A stretch of 63,821 nucleotides of DNA, filler included, from Folioceros fuciformis (lineage: Eukaryota): the NCBI GenBank assembly GCA_049999805.1. It is 4 parts of 3 records of this genome, joined end to end, with 100 filler letters (N's around TTAATTAATTAA, not from the genome) between each part and the next. Parts side by side here need not be neighbours in the genome. Positions count along the whole stretch, not along the records: positions 26,487 to 55,470 come from JBNGIO010006136.1; positions 55,571 to 60,909 come from JBNGIO010006140.1; 2 more parts are not named here. One strand, written 5' to 3'. Numbering within the stretch: position 1 is the first letter of the stretch; every line of letters starts with the position of its first letter. Positions 50,001 to 61,009 of this stretch are shown piece by piece. The notes under the pieces are model-generated. The model had not been told where the DNA came from. It saw only the letters and a list, made by a program, of their open reading frames with translations, and searched no databases. The translations under genes were made by a program, and so were the position numbers.

Positions 50001-53000
50001 TCCTGTGACCCTGTTCGCTCCGATGGTGTGAGAGGTGCTACAGCGGTCTCGCAGCTTGTGGGTCCTGTGTCACCATGTGAGTATCCTGGGTCGGTACGCA
50101 GGAGAACTAAGATCTGGTGGTCGTACTCTTGAAACTGAAGATATTGCTCAAAATCTGATGCAGCTACGCCAGCGTGCGAGTCTCTTGAATTAATCGGAGA
50201 TCCAGTTGAAGGTGGAACTTTGCAATTGCAAGCTCTCTACACTGGAGGGTGAGATGGTCTATTCGTAGCTCGTGTGGGGCCTTTTGTCGAGTGGCAGGTT
50301 GAAAGGCGAGTTTAACTTTTGCTGATGGCATGCAGTGTACGAGGAGCTTGCCGTCAGGAATGGCATCGGAGAGACTTTTACGGAAGAGATGTTCTCTTGA
50401 GCCTCAATGGTAGTAACAGCCGGCTTTCGGTCAAAGTGCCTGGTGGGTCGTTCAATGTGGGAGTTGGCTGATCGATGAAGTTACTTCTTTGTCGGGGTGT
50501 CTGCAGATACTTTGCATCTGACAGGGGACGATGTTGGAGCTCGGATTCGCCTCGTTTTCATTCCTGTTCGGCAGGATGGGGTAGTTGGAGAACCCGTCGA
50601 AGTGTTGTCAGATGTGGTAGTCGACGGTATGGCCACGAACTTGCGCTCTGTTCTGTACGGCTGCCTATGCTCTTCCGTGGCTGAAACCAAGTTTCTCTCC
50701 GCACAGCTGACCCGGAAGGCAAAGAGCTCGAAATACCACACTGCTCTGAGGATGCCCTAGTCACTCCTCGAAAAGTGTATTTTGGTGGTCAAGAAGGGCC
50801 AGGGGAGTATGCTTGGTATCGAACAGCTGAGGACGCGGTGTCTCAAGAGTTGCCTCACGACGCAAAACTACTAGCACACACTCTGTATGCAAACGTTCAG
50901 TTCTTTGCTTTAGTCGGTAATTCATGACTGTTCACAGCCCTTGATTCAAACCTCCTGACAGCCTTTGTTTCAACACTCAGATCGTATACACCAAGATTGG
51001 AAGATGTGGGTCGTCATCTTGTTCTTCATTGGGTGCCCTCCCGCAAGGATGGGAAGCGGGGGAAGCCTGTGCTTGCATGTAGCAAGTTTCCGGTTGAAGC
51101 TGGTGCGTTCTTTTCCTTTGCACCTTGTCTGTTGTATGCTAGTCCACGTGGAGTGAAAGGCTGCTCATGACGCTGTTTGTGGTGAGCAGCGCCTCCGTCA
51201 GTCCATAGTGTCCACTTGGCAAAAGTCAGTCCTGGCTTATATCAAGGAGAGGGAATCTACTATGGTGGGGTGGAAGGTAGTAGCCAGAGAAGTTGGTACA
51301 GACTAACTCCAGATGGAAGCAAGCTACTTATTGAGGGCGCCGTTTCCTCTACATACGCTCCCAACGACGATGATTACACCTGTCGTCTTATATTTGGGTG
51401 ATGCATAATGGCTTTCTCAAATGAATGAACCGTACCAGCTTGGGGTACATTGCCTGCCTGGCTGACGCAAAGGTATTGCTTGGCTGTTCCAGGTATCTTC
51501 CTGTTCGAGCAGATGGTATTGTGGGAGAGCTGGTACTGACGGAACCAAGCTCCGTTGTTTATCCTGGTGAGCATTGTTCACAGGAATGCTGCATAGTGCA
51601 CACCGTCTTAGCTTGGCAGCTAGCAATTCCTGCAGTGTTCTGACCATGTCTTTTGTCACCATCAGAGATGCCGACAATTCACAGAGTGGTTTTCACCGGC
51701 AGAGCTGTTGAGGGCGAGGTCCTCACAGCGTTGGAAGTAATACCCAAGGGAGAGACACAGGAGAAAGTGTGGGAGAAGTATAAGAAAGAAATAAAGTACC
51801 AGTGGTAAGTGTCCATCGAGACTTTAAATTATTTCTTTACTGGTTACTGTCAGTGAACCTTCGTTTGCTGTTAACGTAGCAAAGAGCTCGGTTGGTTTGT
51901 CAAAGGTCTCGATCTCGGGCAGATGAAGATGTATTTGAGCCAATCCTTTTGCAACGGGTCTGTAGCTTCAAAGTTCGGCTGGAGGATGTTGGGTACCACT
52001 TGCGATGCGAGTGTACATTGGTTGACGTTTTTGGCAGAACTGGAGAGCCAGTTTCTGAGATCTCCGCCCCTGTACAACCAGGTAAGTTGTTTGGCTCGCC
52101 TGTGTCCTTTCATGATCTTGACACTGTACGGTGAGGAGTTAACGATGTGCCTGAACTAATTGCAGGATCCCCTAAAATCGACAAGCTGGAAGTGGATGGT
52201 CAGGGATATCACACTAGTCTGTATGCCGTGCGAGGCCTGTACTTCGGTGGAAAAGAGGGCAAAAGTACGGTACAATGGTTTCGTGCTATGGCTGGGAGTC
52301 CCGATCTGATACCCATTTCTGGTATGTTTGAGTAAGTGTGTTGGTAAGATGAGGTAGCATCAACGCGTATAGACGCTGAAGGCATGGTTATTTTATGGGT
52401 TGTCAGGCGAAATGGGACGGATGTACGAGGCAAATGTGGATGATGTGGGCTACAGGCTTGTGGCTGTGTACACCCCTGTACGAGAAGATGGAGTGGAAGG
52501 TGTACCGACTTCGGCGTCCACTGATCCCGTGACCGTTGGTAAGAATTGTGCCCTTCAGATCGGCGCTGTCTGCGCGTATGAAGAAAATTGCCTTGTACTG
52601 ACTTAGTCTGCTGCTTGCCTCCCTGTATGCCAGAACCTGAGATTGCAAAGGAGGTGAAGCAAAAAGTAGATCTGGGCGTGGTGAAGTTCGAGGTAGGGTT
52701 TGTATGGTATGTTGGCCGCAACAGTCCTGGGTAGTGGACCGATGATATTGACTTAAAGGAATTGTTGGCCTTTGTATGTCAACAGGCTTTGCGGGATCGC
52801 GACCGGTCGCCCATGAAGGTAGGTGGCGATGCACGTGAGAGGCAAGCGAGGCGTGTCTTCGTTGGTGAAGTGTGCATTGGCTTGAGTGTGTTATTTATGG
52901 CTTGTGTGTGCTTCAGGGGCAGCTAATATTGGGTAGCCTGGAGAGGCGCGTGCTGGAGGTAAATAGAAAAAGGGTGAAGGTGGTAAAACCATCCAAAACG

Positions 53001-53318
53001 TCGTTCACATCCACGGAGCTGCGAGGCACCTATGCACCGCCGTTCCATGTGAGTTCCCCCTTAGTCAACTGGCGGTTGAGCATGCGTCCAGCTGTGAGGT
53101 CAGCTTCACTGTACCGTAACGTGTGTGCCTCTCTGTCATTCCCTCAGGTCGAGCTGTTCCGCAACGACCAGCACCGACTGAAAATTGTGATAGACTTGGA
53201 GAACGAGGTAGACCTGATGGTGCAGTCGCGACATATCCGAGATGTGATTGTCCTCGTGCTGAGAGCCCTTGCCCAGAGATTCAACAGCACACCCTTGAAT
53301 CTGTTGCTCAAGATGTGA
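44038..53318 (+). CDS. AIR9: 187-kDa microtubule-associated protein AIR9 (basic S/P-rich N-terminus, LRRs, A9 Ig-like repeats), many exons
   Basis: DPRFINLPSVDVKAGDDV|RLDLRGQKVRSL, LRR exons (LYLAGNQITSL, FLSVAQNKIKSL), repeated A9 units (YFGGREGPS.FEW, PVRSDG..GEP), VDGQGYHTSLYAVRGLYFGGKEG, and C-terminal RDVIVLVLRALAQRFNSTPLNLLLKM*. Confidence 0.96.
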
Positions 53319-53392
53319 TTCCATTATACATTCATAACTACTAGTAGGCGGGAAAAAAATATAGGTTAAACACACTGGCGTACACTAGTAAC

Positions 53393-54457
53393 CTAGGAAA
53401 CATGTGCGACATTGGTGTGGCCCAGTGTAACTATGACAAGAAATTGAATGGGGGTGACAAGGTATAGGAAGGCAATTCCCATTGTGGTGGCGCTGGCCAC
53501 GGAGTCGGAGAAGAGACGCTCAATATCCCTGTCGTGCGACTCCCACTGCTGGTAGAGGAGGAACGACGAGATTCCCCAGCCGGCCAGCAGCGCAGGGCAA
53601 GGGAAGCACGCGTAGAGTCCTTGGTCCATGAGGAATTTGAGCGGAGGCGGCACCACCAGCACGAAGAGTATCAGGCCGGCCGGGACTGTCACGATTGGCT
53701 CTGCGCATGTGCAATGCAGCGCAGTAAGCAAGCAAGCAAGTGAGATGAGCGTCTGACAGATAGCGCAGCTACCTCAGCGAGGTTAGGTACGTTTGCCAAA
53801 TTAGCTACGCTGATGGACAAAGTGCCTAGGCATGGTGGAGTGAATATACCGTTGAGTACGGGCCACGGGAGGAAAATGTATAAGAAGACGAAGACGAGCG
53901 CGATCCACTTCACGAAGGAACTCCTGACATTTGCAAGAAAACAGTTGTTCAGGGATTGAGATGTGCTGCACTCGCAGCCACGTGTGTTGCTAGCGTGGAG
54001 GGGGAAAGGCGTTTGGAAACCACGAGACTGACCGGAGGATGGCGATCTGCGTTCGGAGCAGGTGGACGGCCGTGAAGGGCACGAGAAGCTGAAGCATGAG
54101 GGAGCTTTTGGTGCCGTTCACGTAGTGCGCCGTCCAGTCCAGAATCAGTAGATACCTGCAGATGGAGACAAGTCGAAGTCAGAGGGAGCGGAGCAAGAGG
54201 CGAGAAGCGGCTTGTGCAGACGACGAACGGGAGGCCTACAGGGGGACGATGGTGCCGACGAAGCCCAGCACTTCGGCTACTGCGAAGAAGAGCGCCCATA
54301 TTATCTGCGAGAAGTCGCAGCAAGCAAGTTTCGGCAGTTGCATCTCGGACTCATGGTTTGGCCCTGCTCTTGAGATAGGCTGGGCATTGAGCTCCAGATC
54401 GACGTCGACGTCTGGTGAATCCTCCGACACCGGGCTGGGAATCAGAGGCTGATCCAT
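53393..54457 (-). CDS. COR413-PM: COR413/WCOR413-like plasma-membrane protein, divergent, 4 exons
   Basis: The spliced model gives ...VPL|YLLILDWT..LLVPF..LR|SSFVKWIALVFVFLYIFLP|EPIVTVPAGLILFVLVVPP..FLLYQQW..TMGIAFLYLVTP. This matches the COR413-PM pattern YLLILDRTNW..LL.P..RG..GKWIA..ELP..L.L..VAP..YLLQEH..T.GI. Confidence 0.75.
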
Positions 54458-54660
54458 TTTTGCGGGAGCATGAACATTTGGAGGCTGCGCCTGAGTGTGC
54501 GCGGGCTGGTGGCAGCAGGACGAGACCTGGCTCCAGTCCGAGTTATGGTGGCGAGTCGGGGCCAACTTGGCATTACACTCCGTCGTGGGGAGTGGGGCAC
54601 GCAACCCCCTTTCCGTTTTTAGAAAAAGTCGTTGTTTAGTATATAGCTAACGCCTTTTTT

Positions 54661-55470
54661 TTACAATGCGGTGAAGGGGGTGGCGCGGGTATGCGAGGCG
54701 GACAGTACATTCAGCCCGTGGTTGAACCCGACCAGCGCGTCCTCGCAATCCGCGACCAGCCGGGCCAGGCTGCTGCTCCCGGGCTCGTCTTCTGCTTCCG
54801 CGTCGGCCATGGCAGCGTGCGCCTCCCGATGGCCTTTGAGGTTACGCAGGAGGCGCAACAGGTTCTTGTAGGATTCCACCACATGCTTCGCCGCGGCCCC
54901 AAGCCCGTGCAGTTGCGGTACCTCCATGCTGTGCGTCCATGGCCGAATCTCCTTGGCGTAGATGGCATCGAATGCCTTTGCGGTGTCCACGAAGTTGTGC
55001 AGCTGCCTTCGGAGCTCCCCCTCTGCCTCCGCCTGCCCGGCGCCCTGCTCCTCGCTACTGTCGTAGTTCCTGCTCCCGGCTAGGGTTAGGGCCTGCTCCA
55101 GCTCTGCGGCCTGGGAGGTGAGCTCCGCGAGCTTGGCCTGCAGGTGCGGTAGCTGCGGGGGCGAGGCCGACAGGGTAGCCGCAGTGACCACATCCGCAGG
55201 GAAGAGTTTGCAGTCGTCGGAGAATACTTGAACCTGCCGTTCCGCTATCCCGTCCAGGAGCTGTACGTCCTTGGCCAGCTGGTCATCCCCGCTCCACTCC
55301 GAGTTGTCGGCGAAGAGGCTGGCCTCCACCAGCTCCACCAGTGCTTGGAGGCCCTCAGCGCGGTTTTCGTAGCTGCCTTTGCCCTGGATGGCCTCGGTGT
55401 CCAGCCCCGGCGTCAGGCCAAGGAATTTCGCGATCTGCGCCAGGTACTGGATCTTTCCCCACTCCTGCTC
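54661..55470 (-). CDS. AUG7: AUGMIN subunit 7 (HAUS7-like), 5'-truncated by contig end; visible part intronless
   Basis: IQYLAQIAKFLG, LVEASLFADNSEWS, DCKLFPADV and KEIRPWTHSMEVPQLHGLG. The frame is open from the gap to TAA at 54663-54661. Confidence 0.9.
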   Translation of the reverse strand, partial: EQEWGKIQYLAQIAKFLGLTPGLDTEAIQGKGSYENRAEGLQALVELVEASLFADNSEWSGDDQLAKDVQLLDGIAERQVQVFSDDCKLFPADVVTAATLSASPPQLPHLQAKLAELTSQAAELEQALTLAGSRNYDSSEEQGAGQAEAEGELRRQLHNFVDTAKAFDAIYAKEIRPWTHSMEVPQLHGLGAAAKHVVESYKNLLRLLRNLKGHREAHAAMADAEAEDEPGSSSLARLVADCEDALVGFNHGLNVLSASHTRATPFTAL

Positions 55471-55570
55471 NNNNNNNNNNNNNNNNNNNNNNNNNNNNNN
55501 NNNNNNNNNNNNNNTTAATTAATTAANNNNNNNNNNNNNNNNNNNNNNNNNNNNNNNNNNNNNNNNNNNN
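55471..55570. other. Artificial contig linker
   Basis: N44-TTAATTAATTAA-N44. Confidence 0.97.
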
Positions 55571-58500
55571 CTAATATTCTGTAATTAGGGTTTATTAAGA
55601 TAACCCTATTTTAACACTCCCACTTACGTAGCCATTAGGTAATTAACTAACTTCATTGAACTGCTAATAACTAGCATTAACCAATTAGGATAAATAAATA
55701 ATAAATGGATAAACCACGAAAAGACGAAACCCGTTACGAAAAACGGATCTGAACGCCAGGGAACGGGTTTCACGGGCAGCCACATCTCGCGTGGGCAGCC
55801 TCATCTCGCGCGCCTCAGCTGTGAAGCCTGATCCTGCCCTTGATGGCGAGCATCTCCTGATGGCTCCCACTGCTGCGAACGCGGGCTGATGGTGGTGAAG
55901 CGCTGGCTGAGAGAGCCGCGATCAGCTCTTAATGCTGACAAATCTGGACAGATTGTGGAGTGAGAAGGTTGCTACTTGTGTGAGTCTACCCAAGGTGCTG
56001 CAGAATCACCCATCTCTGTCCAAGCTCAGTTGCTGCAGATTCGCACACGTCTGTGCTTGGCTGTTGCAAGTGGATTGGGAAAGATGGATACCAAGCGCCT
56101 GCAGATTCTTACTTGTTCCTTGCTGGCTACGAGCTGTGAGTTCCTTCTATTGTGAGTTCCTACTGATTAGATTGCACACTATTGTTGTGTCGTGTACAGG
56201 AACTGTCAAGAGTCTTAACTAAAATAGTGACAGGTGTGTGTTGACCTACAAGAGGTGAAATGTTACAGACCTGCATGTAGACACGCTGAACTAAGAAGTG
56301 ACTTGATTTTCTGAACAGTCTACCACACTCAGGTTTTCCTTGTGTATGTGGTGTTTCTCCTTTGAGAGAGGCTTTGTCAGCAAGTCAGCTGAGTTCTCAT
56401 CTGTTTTACAGTATTCCAGCTTGATTTCCTTGTTTCTAACAGCATCCCTTATAAAATGATGGTGCACCTCCACATGTTTGGTTCGTGCATGATATATAGG
56501 GTTCCTAGCTAGAGCCAATGCTGATTGGTTATCACATAAAAGGAGGGAAGGTTCAGTCTGTGGCTGTTGAAGATCTGTAAGTAACCTTCTGAGCCAAATA
56601 GCTTCTTTAGCTGCTTGCGTTAATGCTTGATATTCAGCTTCGGTTGAGGATAGCGAAACTGACGTCTGCTTTTTACTGGACCAGGTAACCACGCCTCCAG
56701 CAAGCTTAAAACAATATGCTGAGATTGATTTTTTGTGTCCGGGTTAGCGGCCCAATCCGCATCGCAGTAACCCAGCAGGGTAAGCTTTTCTCCCTCTTTC
56801 CTTCTATAGTATGTTATGCCATGGCTAGCAGTTGATTTTAGGTACCTTAGTATCCTTTTCACGGCTGACCAGTGAATTGGTCCAGGGTTGCTGAGGAATT
56901 GTGCCACTGCACTCACAGGCTGCGAAATATCACATCTACAGTTAGTCGAGCAATAATTCAGAGAGCCAACTGCTTGGCTGTACGGTACACTAAGCATATA
57001 TTTGATCTCCTCTTCGTTCTTAGGAGACTGATCCTTGCTGAGTTTGACGCCAGTGGCCATAGGAGTACTAGCTGGCTTGGCATCAGCCATGTTATATCTT
57101 GTTAACATTGTTTTTATATAGGTTTCTTGATGAATAGTTACAATTCCAGCATTTCTATCATGTTTAAACTGTGTGCCTAAACACCAATGCAACTCACCTA
57201 GGTCTGACATATCGAATTCTTGTGAAAGCACGTGTTTGACTCTCATCAACAGAGGCATTGTGGTGCTTGCTAGGATGCAATCGTCAACATAGACTGCGAG
57301 GAACAGGTAGTCCTCCTCTTTGCCTGCAAGTATATACACATTAGAGTCCGATTCACTTCTTTTGAATCCCATAGCAATGAGAAATATGTCCAGCCTTTGG
57401 TACCAGGCTCTAGGTGATTGCTTGAGTCCGTAGATGACTTTAACTAACTTGCACACCTTGTCCTCTTGTCCCTTTTAGATAAAACCAGGTGGTTGAGACA
57501 TATAAATATCCTCCTCAAGATTACCTTGCAAGAAGGCAGTCTTGACATCCATCTGGTGGATAAACATGGAGTAGAATGCCACAAATGCGAATATAACTCT
57601 TAGTGATTGAAGTTTTACCACAGGTGAGAAAGTGTCAAAATAGTCAACACCAGGTACTTGTGTGAACCCTCTGGCACATAGTCTAGCCTTGTATCGTTCG
57701 ATACTGCCATCTGCCTTCAATTTTCGCTTGAAGACCCATTTACAGCTTATGATTTTTCTGCGTTTAGGTCTGTCCACTAGTACCCATGTTTTATTATCCA
57801 TTAATGAGTTATACTCGGACTGAATTGCAGGCTCCCATTTCTCTTTATCAGGGCCAGTTCTAGCAGCCTCGATTGTCAAGGGATCAAGGCCATCATTGGC
57901 CACAAGAAAGGCTTCAACTCTTGGGTCTTCTAGATTTTCTAGACCAGGTCCAGACTCATTTTCTTCTTCTGAATGTGAGTTGGAGGGATCAGCTGGGGTG
58001 TGTGTGATCTTAGAGGACTGCCATTCAGCATCTGTGTAAGGCTTTTCTGACCATTGGGATCTAGGAGGTCGATTTCTAGTGGAGCGTCTCAAGGCTCCCA
58101 CTGGCTGCAAGTTGTCTCTTGGATGACGAGGTGGTGAGAGGACAGGATGATAAGGTTGAGGTTCGACAGGCTGGTCAGCAACAAAGTCATCAATGAAATC
58201 TGCAGGTATATTTCCCTTCTCAAGGTCACTACCTAGATCACTATCTGAGGTATGGCCTTGATTAATTGGCTGATTGACTTGGGGACCAGCTGGGAATGGC
58301 TGACCTAATGGAAGTTGCTGACCTGCTGAAAATGGTGCTCCCACTGCAGCTGGAGCTGATACTAATAGGGTATCATCCTCCTCGTCCTCCAAGGGAAGAT
58401 CATCCTCCAAGGGAAACTCCTCAAAGGAGGTGAGAGTCTCATGAGGTAAGGAATTTGTAACCTTAAGTTGAAGGGCTCTCTTCTCATTAAAAATGACTGA

Positions 58501-60909
58501 TCTTGCATGAAACACCTTGTGCTTGAGGGGATCATACAGCTTGTAGCCGTGAATCCCAGATGTATAGCCAATGAAGATGCATGGTGTAGTCTTGGTGTGC
58601 AATTTTCTGCGTAACTGCTGAGCTACATGTGCATATGCAGGGCTACCAAATATACGCAATGAAGAAACATCCGGCTTCCTATTGTGCCAAGCCTCAAAGG
58701 GTGTCACCTTAGCAAGTGCAGCAGTAGGGAGGATGTTCTGTAGGCAGGCTGCTGTAGCAATAGCTTCGGCCCAAAATTTTAGAGGTAATCCTGCTTGATG
58801 AAGCATACTTAGGGCTGATTCTTGCAGCGATCTATGCTTACGCTCTGCTCTCCCATTCATCTCTGAATTATAGGGGATTGTCAATTGACGAGTGATTCCC
58901 CTCTGTCTGCAGAAATCTTCAAACTCATTGGAAAGGTATTCGCCACCATTATCCGAGCGAAGAGACTTCAACAACTTGCCAGTATGGCGCTCTGCATAGG
59001 CTAAGTAGTCCTGAAAAGTCTGGAAAACCTCACTCTTTGCCTTCAGGATATACAAAACTGTAAAATGTGAATAATCATCCATATAGACTATAAAATATCT
59101 GCCACCTCCTATGGAGGGTACTGACATAGGACCACAAACATCTGAGTGGACAAGAGACAATAGCTCAGTTTTGGGCTTGTCCTTTCCACTACCGAAATGC
59201 TGTTTCCTTTGTTTTCCATGGATGCAGGCTTCACAAAAGTTTTCTGGAATGTGCTTAATAGATTCCATACCACTGACCAGCTGTTCCTTCACTATCCTGG
59301 TCATGATTGCAGTTCCTGGATGCCCTAAACGGCAGTGCCATGTGAAGACTGAAGATGAATTGGGATTCAGAGAGGAAACTGCATAATTATGAGCTGCAGG
59401 TATACTATCATTCTCACATAGCAGTGGAGTTATATTCAATTTATATAGGTCATTATGTGCAAGTCCTATAGCAACAGGAATTTGCATATTTGATTTCCTA
59501 TAAATATAACATGCCTCATCTTCGAGCATAGTTCTGTAGAGCTTAGTTCTGCCTAAGCACATGCTGCTAACCAAGTTTTTGGCTATAGCAGGAACATGAA
59601 GGGTGTTTATCAAATTGAGAATGCTACCATCTGCCATTCGCATAGGTACTGTGCCAGATCCAACAATGTCTGTGGATGTGTCGTCGCCAAGGTAAACTTT
59701 TCTTCCAAGTGGAGATGACACATAGTCTTGAAAGACTAATTTCTCTGAACACATATGATTTGATGCCCCGCTGTCCCAGAACCAGCTGTATCTATCTGCA
59801 GCTGAGGATGTTAAACAAACAGCAAGCATACCGGGGGTTGAGCTCCTTACTACGTTAGCCTCAGTTTTTAGTTTGCCATTATCCTCATCGAATTTTCTTT
59901 TCCTACAATCCTTAGCCCAATGTCCAGGTTTTTTGCAATAATTGCATGTACCTGGTTTTCTCGTGGACTGATTCGAACTGCTGCTGTGATTTGAATCAGG
60001 CCTCTTAGCCCTACCAGCACCGAATCTACCTCCTCGACCACGTCCAGGTGTGAATTTGCCTCCGGGTGAGAAGCCTTGGTTAGCATACATAGCTCTCGAC
60101 GTTGATCTAGAGCCCGAAGAACCTGCTGACTTCTTCGTTTGTTCATATTGTTGGAGTGCAGCTGTTACACGCTGGACAGTGAGATTAGAGGATTGTGCTA
60201 CCCCAGCCGAGGCAGGGGTGAGAGTTACAGATTGCTGTAGTCCGGTGCTGAATTGAGTATAGCTGGGAGGTAATGAAGCAAGTAATGTAATAGAAGCCTT
60301 ATGCTCCGTTAATGTAGTCCCTACTGCTGCAAGATTAGCTCGAAGTTTTCTGAATTTGTTTAGGTGATTTTCTATAGAGTCACCTTCTCGCATTTTCAGG
60401 CCATGAAGAGCCTGTTCGGCTGCGACCTCCGACATCATATCCGTGCATTGATATGTGTCGGATAGTAATTCAATAGCTTCTTTTGAAGTCTTGCATAACC
60501 TGATATGATTTATCATGTCGGATGTAAGGCCAGATACCACCACTTGCAATGCTTGCATATCTTTGGTTTCCCATTCATATATATCTTTTTGTGTAGCCTT
60601 ATTTATAGTTCCTCCTGGTGTAGGAGGTCTATTACTTCCGACTACTGGTTTCGGTTCTGAACCATTAAATGGAATTCTTTTAGGATACAATTAATCCTAA
60701 AATGCCATATATCAAACTCTCTCCCGTCAAAGCGGTCTTTCTCTTTTAATAAATGTACAGAAGACATCTTGAGAGAATCGATATATGCTTCTGAGCTAGC
60801 TATTCAAGCTGCTCATTTCCAAATAAAAAAATTTAAATGTGAATTTTCTGAGTCCTTATTTTTAAATGGAGGACTCATAATTGATGTCTGATGTTTTATT
60901 GATAAAATT
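55571..60909 (-). mobile_element. Nearly intact Ty1/copia element (gag-PR-INT-RT-RH), PPT and start of 3' LTR
   Basis: gag ATG ~60767 (DRFDGREFDIWHFRI), CNYCKKPGHWAKDC, WFWDSGASNHM, WHCRLGH, VHSDVCGP, LRSDNGGEY, YKARLCARGFTQ, QMDVKTAFL, LAVYVDD, GYCDADWA, RTKHVEVHHHF, ADLLTKPL; pol stop at 56291. PPT AAGTGGGAG (55625-55617) is followed by LTR start TGTTAAAAT (55616). Confidence 0.95.
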
Positions 60910-61009
60910 NNNNNNNNNNNNNNNNNNNNNNNNNNNNNNNNNNNNNNNNNNNNTTAATTAATTAANNNNNNNNNNNNNNNNNNNNNNNNNNNNNNNNNNN
61001 NNNNNNNNN
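60910..61009. other. Artificial contig linker
   Basis: N44-TTAATTAATTAA-N44. Confidence 0.97.

Noticed and set aside
50885-50990. Possible U12/AT-AC intron in AIR9
   Set aside because: Resolves as a normal GT-AG intron that keeps the frame.
57475-57477. Programmed stop-codon readthrough in copia pol
   Set aside because: The stop lies in the middle of RT, where copia elements have no programmed event; a C>T mutation is the simpler explanation.
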